DNA of 64,000 nucleotides, from contig ML978125.1 of NCBI GenBank assembly GCA_010015805.1, positions 1,364,001-1,428,000 of the forward strand. Direction: 5' to 3'. This document shows positions 33,453-45,737 of the stretch, piece after piece (position 1 is the stretch's first letter; every line of letters starts with the position of its first letter). A program made the position numbers and the translations under genes. The notes beneath the pieces were generated by a model. It did no database searches, was not told the DNA's origin, and was given only the letters and a program-made list of their open reading frames with translations. Source of the DNA: Rhizodiscina lignyota (taxonomy: Eukaryota).

Positions 33453-33639
33453 ATTGAAAGTATTTGACTTGAGATATTCGTAGGCTTGAACTTTACGAGA
33501 AAGATGAATCTGGAATTCCTGAGATTTTCCGGGGATTGACAAGGCGGCATTCGACTAACTTGGGACCTGGAGAGACGAGAAGCTCAAGATTTGTACGTTG
33601 TAACTTACCATTGCATAATGTCCAATTTAGTCCAGCTGA

Positions 33640-34212
33640 GGGTTCGAAGACGCAGAGCAGTCCGGATATTTGGCTAGCCCGGAGATGCTCCATCAGCTAC
33701 ATTGTTTGGTGGGATTATTCGCGAGCCAAAATCTCTTCGTGGGACACACAAGTGTGCTGATGAGGCACTGCAGAACATGTTCCGCAAGTTCATCTATATC
33801 GAGTATTATGAAGAAAATGATCGCCACTGGGCGGAGAATCCTTCGTTGCAAGACCATGCTGGTGAGTGCCTGTGGATGGAGCCTCGTTTCTTGCTCTGCT
33901 GTTCAACGTTAATTCCTTCAGATCACTGCGTCGACATTCTGCGCCAGGTCCTGATGTGCAATAGCGATACTGGGTTGATAATGTACCACTGGTTCAAGGG
34001 TCGTCCTGCTCCTATGCCGGATTTCAGTACCGTGGTGAGTTTTTCGGAACGTTTGCCATAGTGCGTTTTCTAGGGGCCTGACAAGCGGCCCAGTACTCTA
34101 CTCGTGCCGGAATCCTGATGCAGTTTTAGAATGGGCGCTGGAGAATCAGGTCAGTATTACGAATCATATCAGAAGGAAAGGAGGTGAAGCGGAATTATCT
34201 GAGATATTCTAA
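33640..34212 (+). pseudogene. UstYa/DUF3328-family oxidase, apparently 5'-truncated and frameshifted
   Basis: GYLASPEMLHQLHCL|NMFRK...DHA|DHCVDILRQVLMCNSDTGL...PDFSTV|YSCRNPDAVLEWA, with both HxxHC motifs; introns 33709-33773, 33862-33921, 34035-34093. In-frame TGA at 33637, no TM anchor found upstream, and a TACTC duplication at 34094-34103. Confidence 0.8.
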
Positions 34213-35378
34213 ATGAATAAATCGGAATCGATCGTGCGGTCCGCATCTTGGAGCTTCTGTTCAATTTCAATAATCCTCCGAGGGCTGGCCCAAGAGTGCT
34301 CTCGGCGGAAAAGGGAGAACCGCCGAAGTGGAGAAAGGGCACACAGGTCGACTGAAATCCCAGTGAGAGAACCTTGGAAAGGGAGGAAGAGATCTGTGCT
34401 GGGATACAAGCTAGAATGGAGTCTTCTCATCTCGGATGAGCTGCATCTCCGAAGGACCGACGCATGTAAACACTAGTCAGCAGTTCAAGAGAAGAGTCTT
34501 TGCGAGTTATCTGCGACCAGCATCTCGACGGCCACATCGTGGCCTGATGCCCTTTTCAGGAACTGGTTGGACCTACGTCTTTCAGGTAAAGGGCTCCCGA
34601 ATCCTTCAGGAGATTCAGATAACATGAAACGGTACCTTTGGACGCACGTAGGCGTCTACCAGCGCCATGGGTATGGAGATATGCTCCAGGATTGAGCCTC
34701 AGTCAACACCGACTAACCCTCAAAAAGGTATGTCCAGCAGAGGAGTTGTTCGGGATGGGCCGCCAGGATCTGGATCGTTGGTGGAAGAGAGAGGATGCGT
34801 TCGTTAGGGGTCGCCTCAGTCGCCCAGGAATACCCCGCGTTCTCGGCTCCGATTTTCCCTTATCGCTGTTGTTACCTTGCTTTTTACATCATGCTCACTG
34901 TCGCTATCAAGCGCGCGCCCCGTTGAAAATCTCAATCCTCTGATACAGGGCCTGCTCAGATAGTTCTTTTCGGCATATACAAGCGACAGTATCGGCCAAT
35001 GCGATTTTTATGGCGCTGATAAGACGGACCTGGCGCAACGCCGTCATAAGACTGCGATTCGAAAACTCGAGGCTAATGGTGCGGGAGCGTGGCACTAGAA
35101 AGCTTGCTGCAGGCGAGGGAGCGCTTTGAGTGGCCAGCCGCCTGCGATATCTCGCCTGGGTGGATGCAGATGCCGTTTCCAGCTCCAATCGCCGTTGATC
35201 TTCATGGGACGACATCACTGCGAAATGGTGCAGCTGAGCGACCCGCCCTCTGGGCGCACTCCTTGAGTACTTATCACTTGCCATGCCCAACTGTAACAGT
35301 AAGAGTTGAGATTGTTAGCTGACCTTGTTGTCACTACTACACCCTTTTCACTGAGGAGGAGCCTGCCACTAAGCCGTC

Positions 35379-37225
35379 ATGTCGCTATCACCACACAATG
35401 CGGACCGGAACGCGAGCGTCACCTCCGGCCGCCACAAGAGCGTATCGCAAGAGCCGGTGACATCAGTCCTTCCTGGGGGAGACATCCCGTATGATCCGAG
35501 TCGAGAATGGAATGCTGACGAGGAGGTGTTGGCCGCGCTTGGTTACAAGCCGGAGTTCAAGAGAGAATTCAGTCTGTTCACGACGTTTTGCGTGAGCTTT
35601 GCTGTTCTGGGACTTCTGCCGTCGTTTGCGAGTACTTTGTACTATGGTATGGGATATGCGGGAACTGCTGGTAAGAGTGAGAGCTATCGTGAATGAGAAT
35701 AGTAGATCTGATCCGCTGCTAGGTATGACCTGGGGTTGGATCGTTGCCATGGTCGGAATCCAATGCGTTGCCATGAGCATGGCTGAGCTCTGCTCCTCGA
35801 TGCCCACCTCCGGTGGACTCTACTACGCATCTGCAGTTTTGGCGCCGGGTGGATGGGGGCCGCTTGCTGCGTGGTTGACCGGTTGGTCGAACTGGATGGT
35901 TCAAATTACTGGTGCTCCGTCCGTGAATTACGGAACCGCAGCTATGATTCTGGCAGCAGCATCGATCAGAAATCCGGACTACGTGCCAACCGACTACCAG
36001 ACGTTCTTACTAACTACGTTCCTCATGATTATCCACGGCTTCATGAGTTCGATGCCGACACGATGGCTGGCGAAGACCAATTCAGTTGGATCGATTTTCA
36101 ACTTCATCGCCCTTGTTGTTGTCATCATATTGATTCCTGCTGGAACAGACCGAGTCGCCAGAGGACTTACAAAGTTTACTCCGTCGAGCGAAGTTTGGGG
36201 GGACATCTACCCCGGAACCGACTTTCCAGCCGGTGTCTCCGTTCTGATGTCCTTCATTGGAGTCATATGGACAATGTCGGGATACGACTCACCTTTCCAT
36301 CTGTCAGAGGAATGTTCCAATGCGAACATCGCGTCACCACGAGCGATTGTACTCACATCCGCAACTGGAGGCATCTTTGGGTGGTTCTTGCAGCTGGTCG
36401 TGGCCTACACTGTCGTGGACATCGGCGCCGCACTTGACTCAGATCTTGGCCAGCCATTTGCCGCTTATCTCATGCAGTGTATGCCGCAAAAAACTGTCGA
36501 GGCCATTTTGTCGTTGACAATTATCGCGGGATTCTTCATGGGTCAGGGTTGCATGATTGCAGCTTCTCGAGTCACGTTTGCGTATGCCCGCGATGACTGC
36601 TTCCCCCTTTCCAAATACTGGAAAAAGGTCAACCCAATCACCCAGACACCTGTGAATGCAGTCTGGTTCAACTGCATTATTGGCATTGCCCTGGATCTCC
36701 TCGTCCTTGGTGGGCCCTTGGTCGCTGGTGCTCTGTTCTCTATTGGGGCTATTGCTGCTTTTGTAGCGTTCACGATCCCCATCTTCATCAAGGTCTTCTT
36801 CACACGGGGCAACTTCAGAGCAGGTCCGTGGAATCTTGGACGGTTTAGCCTTCCGTGTGGTACCGTGGCTTGCGCTTTCGTTGCGCTGATGGTGCCAATT
36901 CTCTGTTTGCCGGCCGTTACGGGCTCAGACCTAGAGTAAGTTGACTCTCATTAGCGTGAAGAAGCAACAAAAGATGGGAAAATGCTAACTGTAATACAGC
37001 GCCGCTTCTATGAACTGGACCTGCCTTGTGTACGGCGGCCCCATGCTGACCATATTGATTTGGTGGTTTGTGGACGCCCACAAGTGGTTCAAGGGACCGA
37101 AGGTCAACGTTGACCATCTCATGCTCGGCCAGGGAGAAAATACTCTCGAAGGGAAGGGCGATGATTCGTCCGAAAACGCCACTGAGATTCCTGGAGGGTC
37201 GAAGGATAAAGGGGCATTGGCTTAA
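35379..37225 (+). CDS. APC-superfamily amino acid/polyamine permease (Uga4/GABA permease-like)
   Basis: LGYKPEFKREFS, MAELCSSMPTSGGLY, GYDSPFHLSEE, ASRVTFAYARD; many TM segments; introns 35671-35722 and 36936-36999. Confidence 0.93.
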
Positions 37226-38029
37226 ATTGTGGAAGAACTTTGCTTGACGTTGGAATGAAACCCTCTGTACAGAATGCGGGTTTAATGTTTGGTCTGGCCA
37301 AATTCTTTTGGATATAAGGTTGATACCCATGAATCGACGAATTGTTGAAAGTCTAGACGTGAAGAAGGAACAAGAAGTTCCATGGTAGAGTGAAATCGAG
37401 AAGACTCCACATATAATCCAGCGCTGCCTCAACACGCATTGCGTCCCACGTCTGGATTGCGGCCCATGAGCGAATCGAGCTTCTGCACACAGTGCGGGAG
37501 ACAGTACGAGCGTTGGCGAAAAAAAATAGCAAAAGGTCAAAAATAAGTATTTCCATTTCGGTAAAAATAGACGAAACTCAGACACCGGCAGAAGTATATG
37601 TATTGTACCAGCCTTTCGGTGACCCTCTTACCACGTTGAAGAGGAAAGTTCGGTCTTAGTATCGCATTTCAAACTTCATCAAGCTCAACTATTTTGTTAG
37701 CATGAGCTTGACGACTTGATTGTTTTATGGCTCGTGCCTCAAGAGTGTCGTGTGACAGCCCCACGATGCTGAAGCTTGAATGGTTCAAGAGTTTCACATG
37801 CCTGCAACTCCCCGACAACCTCAACTCTGAAATTGCAAAGATTCCTATATTCTTATTATGATTTGTCTTGTCGCAAGACACTTCACCCTGCGCTCAATAT
37901 ATCCTCCCTGAGGTCGTTGAGCTGCAATCGAATTACCTATCGCCCTGCGGCCGCACGTACCTACAGAATACGTCATTACGACTTGACTTCAAAGTTGAGA
38001 GAAAACGAATCCTGCGACAATCGTTGGAA

Positions 38030-39224
38030 ATGCGCGATCCGTTCGCCCCTCCAGCCTCCGTAGCACGCGTCTTCAAGCCAGTCGCCAACTACCTGGGCCT
38101 CTCGACGTTGCCTCTGCACGTACACGAGATTGTCCTCTCCTTTGTCGTGTACGAAATTCTGTTCAAGGTCGCGTCCCCAGTCCTCTCGCGGCACTTCTGG
38201 CCGAAGACGTACAACGCTTTCAACAGGCGCACCCGCATAAACTGGGACTCACGCGTCACCTCGCAAATCCAACAGGCGGTGATACTATCCTTAGTGATAT
38301 ACACGATTCTGACGGATCCCGAACGGACGGGCACGACATGGCAGACGCGCCTCTGGGGATACAACGGCATCACGGGCCTGGTTCAGGCGCTCGCAGCTGG
38401 CTATTTCCTTTGGGACGTGCACATTAGCAGCGTGCACATGGACGTGATGGGCGCGGACTCGCTTGCTCATGCGACGGGATGGCTACTGATCACGCTTATT
38501 GGCTTTGTAAGCTTACGCACTTTTCACTCTGTTATTTCCTCTTTCTTTCGCCAGGAGGGCACAAGAATGTCGCTTTTCGCTTTTCTGTCCGAGCGTACGG
38601 AATATCCGAGATGAGAGGGAACACTTTCACGTCTGGTCCGGGCTTTGCTACAGGAGCAACAGCCTTATCCGGGAACAAGGCCTACCAGTCAAATTAAGCG
38701 CGCGTTGTTGGTTTTTCGTCGGCAGTGACAAAAGTGCAGTAGGGCTGACGATTTGTCACACTGCATTTTAGAGACCGTTTGCGAATTACTATGGCCTCAA
38801 TTTTATGCTATACGAGCTTTCAACACCGTTCCTAAACAACCACTGGTTCTTCGACAAGCTGGGTATGACGGGCTCGCAAGCACAATGGATCAATGGCATC
38901 ACATTAATCGTGTCGTTTGCGTGCGCCAGGCTGATCTGGGGATCGCAACAATCACTGCTTCTGTATAAAGATTTCTGGGATGCGTGGCATTATACGGTTC
39001 CTGCGGGGGCCACGTGTGAAACCTTGTCTATATCTGGAGTGGAAATTCCGGTTGGATGCCGAAAGCTGCCGGCATGGCTCGCGATCATGTACGTTGGAGG
39101 CACGACGGTGCTCAGCATTCTGAACTTCTGGTGGTTCGGAAAGATGATCGAAGCGGTACAGAAGCGGTTCAAACCCAAAGCGGAAGGCGACAAGGGCAAC
39201 GGGGACACGAAGAAGGATAACTGA
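38030..39224 (+). CDS. TLC (TRAM/LAG1/CLN8) domain membrane protein
   Basis: TLPLHVHEI, RINWDSRVTS, RLWGY, GYFLWD, F|RPFANYYG, YELSTPFLN, LNFWWFGKMI; one intron of about 265 nt (38507-38771). Confidence 0.9.
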
Positions 39225-40720
39225 AAGAGTGCGGAGATAATTATGGCTCCGAGACGGCGCCGACGTAGCGAGCTATGAGAGCCTCAAAAGGTATGTTGGA
39301 CATACGGCGGTGTGAGAGAGTTGAACGAAATTCAGGATGTTCAGAGCGACTATCATTGGCCGATTTGTGTGATTTTCGCGAACGCATGCCTTATTAACGC
39401 ACGCGCCGAAGTAGCACGAAGCAGGTAAGCTCTCAGATGCTGGCGATCGCAACGACGGGCGCCGAGCGCATGCGGAAGGGCAGTTATAGCAGCACAGAGC
39501 AGCAGATGAAGTCGTCGAGGGTCGATAAATCCCCGGAGCACGACGGCACTAGCGCTCACTCGCGCTTAGTGGCTGCCAATGTGCGCAAGGGCATAGGCCT
39601 TAGTCAGCGCGATCTCGCCGTCATGGAGCGAGGGACGAGCTTCCACCACGCCCATGCATGCAGGAAATGCCACTTTCGCTGCTTGAGCTAAGCAGCAGCT
39701 AAGCAGTTCCCCTCACCTCCGCCCTCTGGCCTCACGTTCTGCGCGTGCGCTTCTGCTGCTCTGCTCGATTCGACAACCTCGATTCGACCCTCCCATCTGC
39801 CATTGCGCTGCTGGACTCGAGCGGAAGCGCTGCATCAGCGGCGGCCCTGCAATCTGCAGCTGTCTCGGCTCCAGCGTCACTTGACCCTCGCAACGTCTCA
39901 GACACGGCGGGCGCGACGTGAGAGTCAGGTCGCTCCTTCGCTTGCGCTACCGGTGCGCTCCAGAAGTGCCAGTGAGTAGTGGTGAGGGAAAGGTCAATTT
40001 AGGCTCGGAGAGGGTGACGTTGCTCGCAGGCGGGCGTCGAATAGGCATCGCGCTCACGAAAGCGAGCAATCCGACTTCCCGCCCGTTCGTTCGGCCGCCC
40101 AGAGTTGCGCACGCGGCCCGCAAAACGGCACGCCGGTCGCCTTCCAAATTGCACGTTCGGGGTGGAAGGCACGCACTCCGCGCATCTGATTAGGTCCGCA
40201 CTGATCGCTCCCCATCCCCAGCTCCATCTTACTGACGGCCACGCACTAGCCCTGCTCGCACATCAGCACCCCCAAGGCAGTGTGTCGTGCGTGCCAGGAG
40301 AGCTTCTCACCCAACGTTGGTGTGCTCATGTAAGGATCACCTCGCTTCCATCAGTCTTCCAGGCCTTCTGCGCGTTTGCAGACAGCCTTCTATGCAGCAC
40401 CACCCCGGCTCAGCAGCACGACCCAGCCAATCCACCACCCATCACCACTCCCAAAAGCGTCCGCTACTCGGAATCGTTTCATGCCCCTTCATGCTTCTTT
40501 ACTTGGAAGAGCCGAAGGTTGGCGGGCGCAGCTTATACCACCCTTGCACACGCTGTTGTTGCTGAACTGGATCTTCTTCCCTTTTTTCGCCTCCCTCCGT
40601 ATCCTACTTACACAGCATCGTTGTAAGCTTCACCTGCCTGCAGCCACGCGGCTGACAACTTCCTGCTCTCCAGCAAATCACTTCTTCACCTAACGCTCAA
40701 TTGATGATCTTTAACTCGCG

Positions 40721-43066
40721 ATGACGAGTATCGCGCCGGTCTATACAGCGCCTCCCGACGCGGACATGGGCAGCGAGGCCAACGACGGGTCGGGTCTCCA
40801 AAGCTACGGTAAGCCAAGCCTTCCTTCACATCTTCACCACACATGCCTTTGCAGCATCATGTCCGAGCTTGTCCATTGGGCGTTGGACGTGCCTGAGGGA
40901 CGCGCAATTCTTTCTTACTACATCGAATTTCCACGTGGGAAGACGTCACTGCGTTTCTATTTATCCTAGCTGCATGCGGTTCAACCGTGCCGATAGCGTC
41001 CATCTCGCTGCACTAGGTTCATTTCGGAATCTCATTGCTGCACGAGATTGGGCCTAGTACTTCGGCTTCAAGACCGTGCTGCTTGCCTCTGATTGACCGC
41101 TGTCGATATCAAGCATTCAGTGCGGCGCTCCGCATTGTACATGGTGTTTTGAATATTACCCCTCTTGTTTCCTTCTTCTTGGTTCTTACACATTTCACAT
41201 CTGCAACTCACATCACCACCTGCCTTCAACCTTATTCCAACCTACTGTTGCTTGGTCATGACCGCCGCCGTCCTCCCCAACGCCGCAGTCCAGTCTACCT
41301 TTGATTCAGACTACGCTCTTGCTTCCGTTTACGCACTCACCATGGCACAACCTCCGTACATCAATTGGGCTGGAGAGCTGACTCTTAGCGCGCACAATGC
41401 CCCTTCCGTCCACTCTGGCCAGACCACGCCTCCCATCCCACAGGTCCAGCGCTCCGGTTCTGTCTATGGGTATGAGGAGCCCGGTTCGGCAGGTGGACAT
41501 GGTGAGGGGCAGTTCGCGCTTCCTTACTCCGCAGGCAGTGATTCTGGAAAATCTGCTAGCCCCTTGGACCGACTTGGTTTTGCCAAATTCCTCTCTGGGG
41601 AGAAGAAGACTCGAGGTTGGTCATCTTCAACAGTGATCATTGAACTCGAATTAACTTGGAACATAGATGGCCAGCCACCGAAGAGGAGAGGTCCGAAGCC
41701 TGACAGCAAGCCTGCCTTGACCCGAAGACAAGAGCTCAACAGGCAAGCGCAAAGGTGAGATTACTTGTGTCTCCTTCCTGAAGAACTCACGTGGCTAATT
41801 GTCTCTCACAGAACCCATCGTGAAAGAAAAGAAATGTACATCAAGGCCCTCGAGGCCGAAGTTCTTCGATTAAAAGAAGTCTATTCCGACACTTCACGAG
41901 AACGCGACACGATGGCACGTGAGCGCGAAGCCATGGTCCAGGAGATCCAGCGTCTAAAGAATCTTCTTGCTGCGCACGGAATCAGCGACGAGTCTGCGCA
42001 CATGGCTCAAACTTTCCAAAGGACCGAAAGCGCGTATCATGGAAGTTCATCAGCCAGCCATGCTGGCAGCAGCTACAATCCAGGAACTGCTTCAACAGGC
42101 TACACCTCTCCTCCTCAGATGGCCGGCACATCCGCGGGCAGTCCTCCAACTCAACAAGCAAGAGCGTCGAATCAAAGACTGGACTACGATCAAATCGGGA
42201 TCGACTTTGTCTTAGCGTATGACAATCGCACACCCTACCTTTCTCCTCCGCCTCAACAGTGAAATCACATCTTTGCATCTCTAGCACACTTAAGCACACA
42301 GTATGGTTCCTGAAAGCACAAGCAGACTGAAAGCTGCATCCACATGTTCACAATTGTCTCCTTTCCACCCCCTTTGTCCCTTTTTGTATCCCCCAAGAAC
42401 GAACCATATCACATGTATCTTGTCCCCTTTTCTGACTCAACCCTTTTTTCCGCCTTACAGTCTCGAACATCCCTGCATGGACCACATGCAGTTCCTGATG
42501 GTGCGGTCGCAGGAATCCGACGAGGGCGAGATTAGCGGGCATGCGCTGATGGCCACCTGCCCGCCCGAAAGTTATGTCGCCGAGCATCCGAAAGAACCGT
42601 ATGGCCACAAAATGCCAGACATTGGCATGACAGATCTCGTCAAGCTGCTCGATCTGAGTAATCGATTACCTCTGGATGGCGAAATCACTCCCATCATGGC
42701 TTGGGCGGGAATTCATTCCCATCCAAGACGAGATCAGCTTACGAAAGACGACTTTGATAAGCTGAAACACGATTTGACTGCGAAGGTTCGGTGTTATGGG
42801 TACGTTTACATATTTTACTTCAAACATAGTTTGAATCTCTAGGTGAACACAGCGCTAACATTTGACACAGCTTTGGCGCAGTTCTCGAGGAATTCGAAGT
42901 TAGAGACGCGATGACAGCAGTGTTCGCGCCGAAGGATCACACGTCACCAGACGCTGTTGTGCAAGAAAGCGAGATGAATTACACATTTGGGAATGCAGGC
43001 AACGTGCTGCAGCAGGGTACAGAGGGCTTAGAGCAGAGCAATTCGGATGGGCAGGTTACGACTTGA
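40721..43066 (+). CDS. flbB: bZIP transcription factor FlbB
   Basis: KRRGPKPDSKPALTRRQELNRQAQR|THRERKE bZIP; IGIDFVL, PCMDHM, GEITPIMAW, KVRCYG|FGAVLEEFEVRDA; first exon MTSIAP... splices in frame 40809-41534. Confidence 0.88.
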
Positions 43067-44062
43067 AACGAGTTTACGGCTGGAATCGATCTTCATTCAT
43101 TTTACTTGGCATTTGCACTTTCATTTCGCTTCGCTGCTTCAACCGCCATTATCTGCAAATACGAGATTCAGGGGAATATCACGAGAGATATGGTGGAATC
43201 TATCGCTTCACAAAGTACACTTTCAAAAACATGACATTGAGTTTTGATTGCATAATTCTTGCCAGCTTCACAATGTGACCCTTACGGCTCATCAGAGCAT
43301 CTGACATGAATTATTCATCTGCCGAGCCTCACAATGCCAAACTCTTGACCATCCTGTGATATGCAGCAACTTCAGCTTCCTCTTCCGGCGAAGATCGTAA
43401 AGCTCTAACCGATTATCAAAGCATGAACGAAAACACACAACGACCAGATCAAACTCCCCGAAACGATCGCCACGCCAACCCAGAAACGGCAAAAAGGCAG
43501 GAAACAAGTTCAGCAAGACGAAGAAACAAGCAAACGCCAAGAGGTCATGCCACCCTGTCACCACCACATCGCGAGCACAAAGCAAAGCACCCAAGAAATC
43601 TTAAACTCACTAGCTTTGATGGACTGGCCGCGAAAGCGACCATGCTGACAGGGGAGGGGGGCCGGAAGGAACAAAAGGACATCAGAAAAACGCAATGCCA
43701 ATCGTTCTTTGCAGATCCGCATAAGACACACCACCATCGAAAAAGCACGACGCGCTCGAGCAGACCAATGCGAGGGGAAGGCAAGATGCATCATGCAGGA
43801 GTGACATTTCAAATACTTCTCACATGTACGCCCGCGTCGATCGACGCCTCTCAACAACCACCGGCCAAAGCTCACCGGCGACCGGGACCAGGGGTCCAGA
43901 AGAAGAGAAAGCCGCAGCCGCAGAGGAGCTGAAAGAGGCCAGGTGCTCCGGAGCATTCCTCGCATCTTGCGTCGGGAATAGCAGCAGACTTTTCTGCCCC
44001 AGGACCTGAATATTTCACAACCATGTAAGCTAACCGCTGCGTGCATATTTCTCTAGATACCT

Positions 44063-45737
44063 CTAGTCCTCGACGCTCTTCCCCGCGTCGTCCCCCTCGC
44101 CTGCCGGCTGGTCTTGCGTGGCCTCCGTGTCGGGCGTGCGCTCCTCATCAGCGCTCCCTGGGGTCTTCTTACCGGGCTCACTTCCGCTCACCGCGTGCCC
44201 TTGCACCTGTGCGCCTCCCGAAGGCGCCGCATCGTTCGCTTTCGCCGCGGGCGACGTGGACGCTGCTGCCGCCGCAAGGGTCGCACGTGGCCCTGTGCTA
44301 TTTTGATCGATGGATCTCGGCTCCTCCTCAGCGCTCTCCTTTGCGGGCGGCGGCAGCGGGCTGGATCCAGCCTCCTCTGCTGGCTTCGCCACGTGACTGT
44401 CCTGCGACTGGCCACTACCTGTTGCTGAATCGGAGGAAGCTTGCGTGGCCTCTGAGCTCGGAGATTTCGCGGCGTCCTTGGCAATGCTCTCGTCGCTTCG
44501 GGCTTCGGAGATCTTTTCCAGGCTTTCTTCGAATTTGGCCTGCGTCTTGGATGAGAGCGATGGTCGTGGCTCCTCTGTCCCGTCCGCTGAAGCTGTGTCG
44601 GTATCTCTCTTGGATGTAGTCAAAGGCTTTGGTACAACTTCCTCATCTTCGTCTTCATCTTCATCTTCATCGTCGTCTTCATCCTCATCTTCTTCGTCTT
44701 CGTTTTCATCTTTATCTTCATCGTCCTCATCATCCTCATCTTCATCCTCTTCCTCAGGAATAGCGCATTGTTGTTCAATCTCCTTGATCTCCGCATCATC
44801 AGCTAGGCTTAGACTGCTTCCTCGATGCTCCCGTGTTGCTGGTTCAAATGCCGGACTCTGAGGAGAGATTACATTCGAGGTAGATGATGCTGATGGCGTC
44901 GATTTCGCAGCCGATGCAGTAGAGGTACTCGACTCGGCAGCGACTTCATTCGAAGACTCGTCCTCTTTCAATGACGCCTTTATAGCATCTACCTCTTTCT
45001 TCTTTCGCTCTTTAGCCTGTGCAGCTGCTTCCGCCCCAATATTACGCATGGCTAGTGGTGCAGGAGCATTCTCTTTCTTCGGCGCCTCTGTCGCCGTTGC
45101 AGAGGATTGCTTCTTCACTGCAGGAGAGGGGGATGCAGGCGCAGCGGCAGCTTTGGACGAAGACGCGCCAGCGGCGGGTGACGCGGTTTTTGATGGCGGG
45201 TTAGAATACGGCCCTGCCATCTTGGCCGGCGTCGTGGTAATAGATTTTTCGCCTGGCGGCGGGAGTTCGCCAACCACATCTTTGAGCTCTCCAAATTCGT
45301 TCCATTCTTCAACTTCCGCTAGGTCCTGTGATTGAGGCACTTTAGTTAGACATTGAACACCAGAAAAAAGCCTCCGTTCGCCCATGCCGTTCCACGCCGT
45401 GCTATGCCGAACTACTATAGCTTATCTCTCTTGCACGCGGCAATGGCACCCAGTGTTTTTCACCTCCAAGTATAAAAGATACCGAACATCCACCTACCCC
45501 AAGAATCTCGCCCTCCTTCACTAGCAACGGCAATTTCTTGCCTTTTCCCCTCCTCCCGAAAAGCTTCCTCGCGCTCTCATTTGTCGCAGTATCAATGTAT
45601 GTGAAGTGCAGCCTATTTGCCCTCAGGATTGTCTCGATGCGAGACGTTGCAGTGATAATATGCGAGGAGCCTGCCGTGAGCGAGGTAAACACGTAGAGAG
45701 TCTTGTCGGTCTCCCATTCAGCGAGGGCATGCGACAT
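44063..45737 (-). CDS. SH3BGR/glutaredoxin-like N-terminal domain protein with long acidic disordered tail
   Basis: Exon 1 LYVFTSLTAGSSHIITATSRIETILRAN...KLPLLVKEGEILG joins DLAEVEEWNEFGELK; D/E tract at about 44640-44755. Confidence 0.78.

Noticed and set aside
33018..33542. 174-aa ORF as the real product of the precursor locus
   Set aside because: It has a non-ATG start and an internal signal peptide; the spliced 89-aa model is more coherent, although intron retention is not excluded.
26438..34212. LanC-like gene plus Cys/Thr-containing precursor as a fungal lanthipeptide cluster
   Set aside because: They are 5.5 kb apart with OGG1 and U2AF between; no dehydratase or kinase-lyase is present; the LanC-like protein has no signal peptide while the precursor is secretory.
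43423..44046. Overlapping 160-170 aa ORFs between flbB and the SH3BGR-like gene
   Set aside because: No domain-like features; probably 3' UTR or intergenic sequence.
44640..44755. Trinucleotide-like array resembling a microsatellite
   Set aside because: It encodes the D/E tract of the SH3BGR-like protein.
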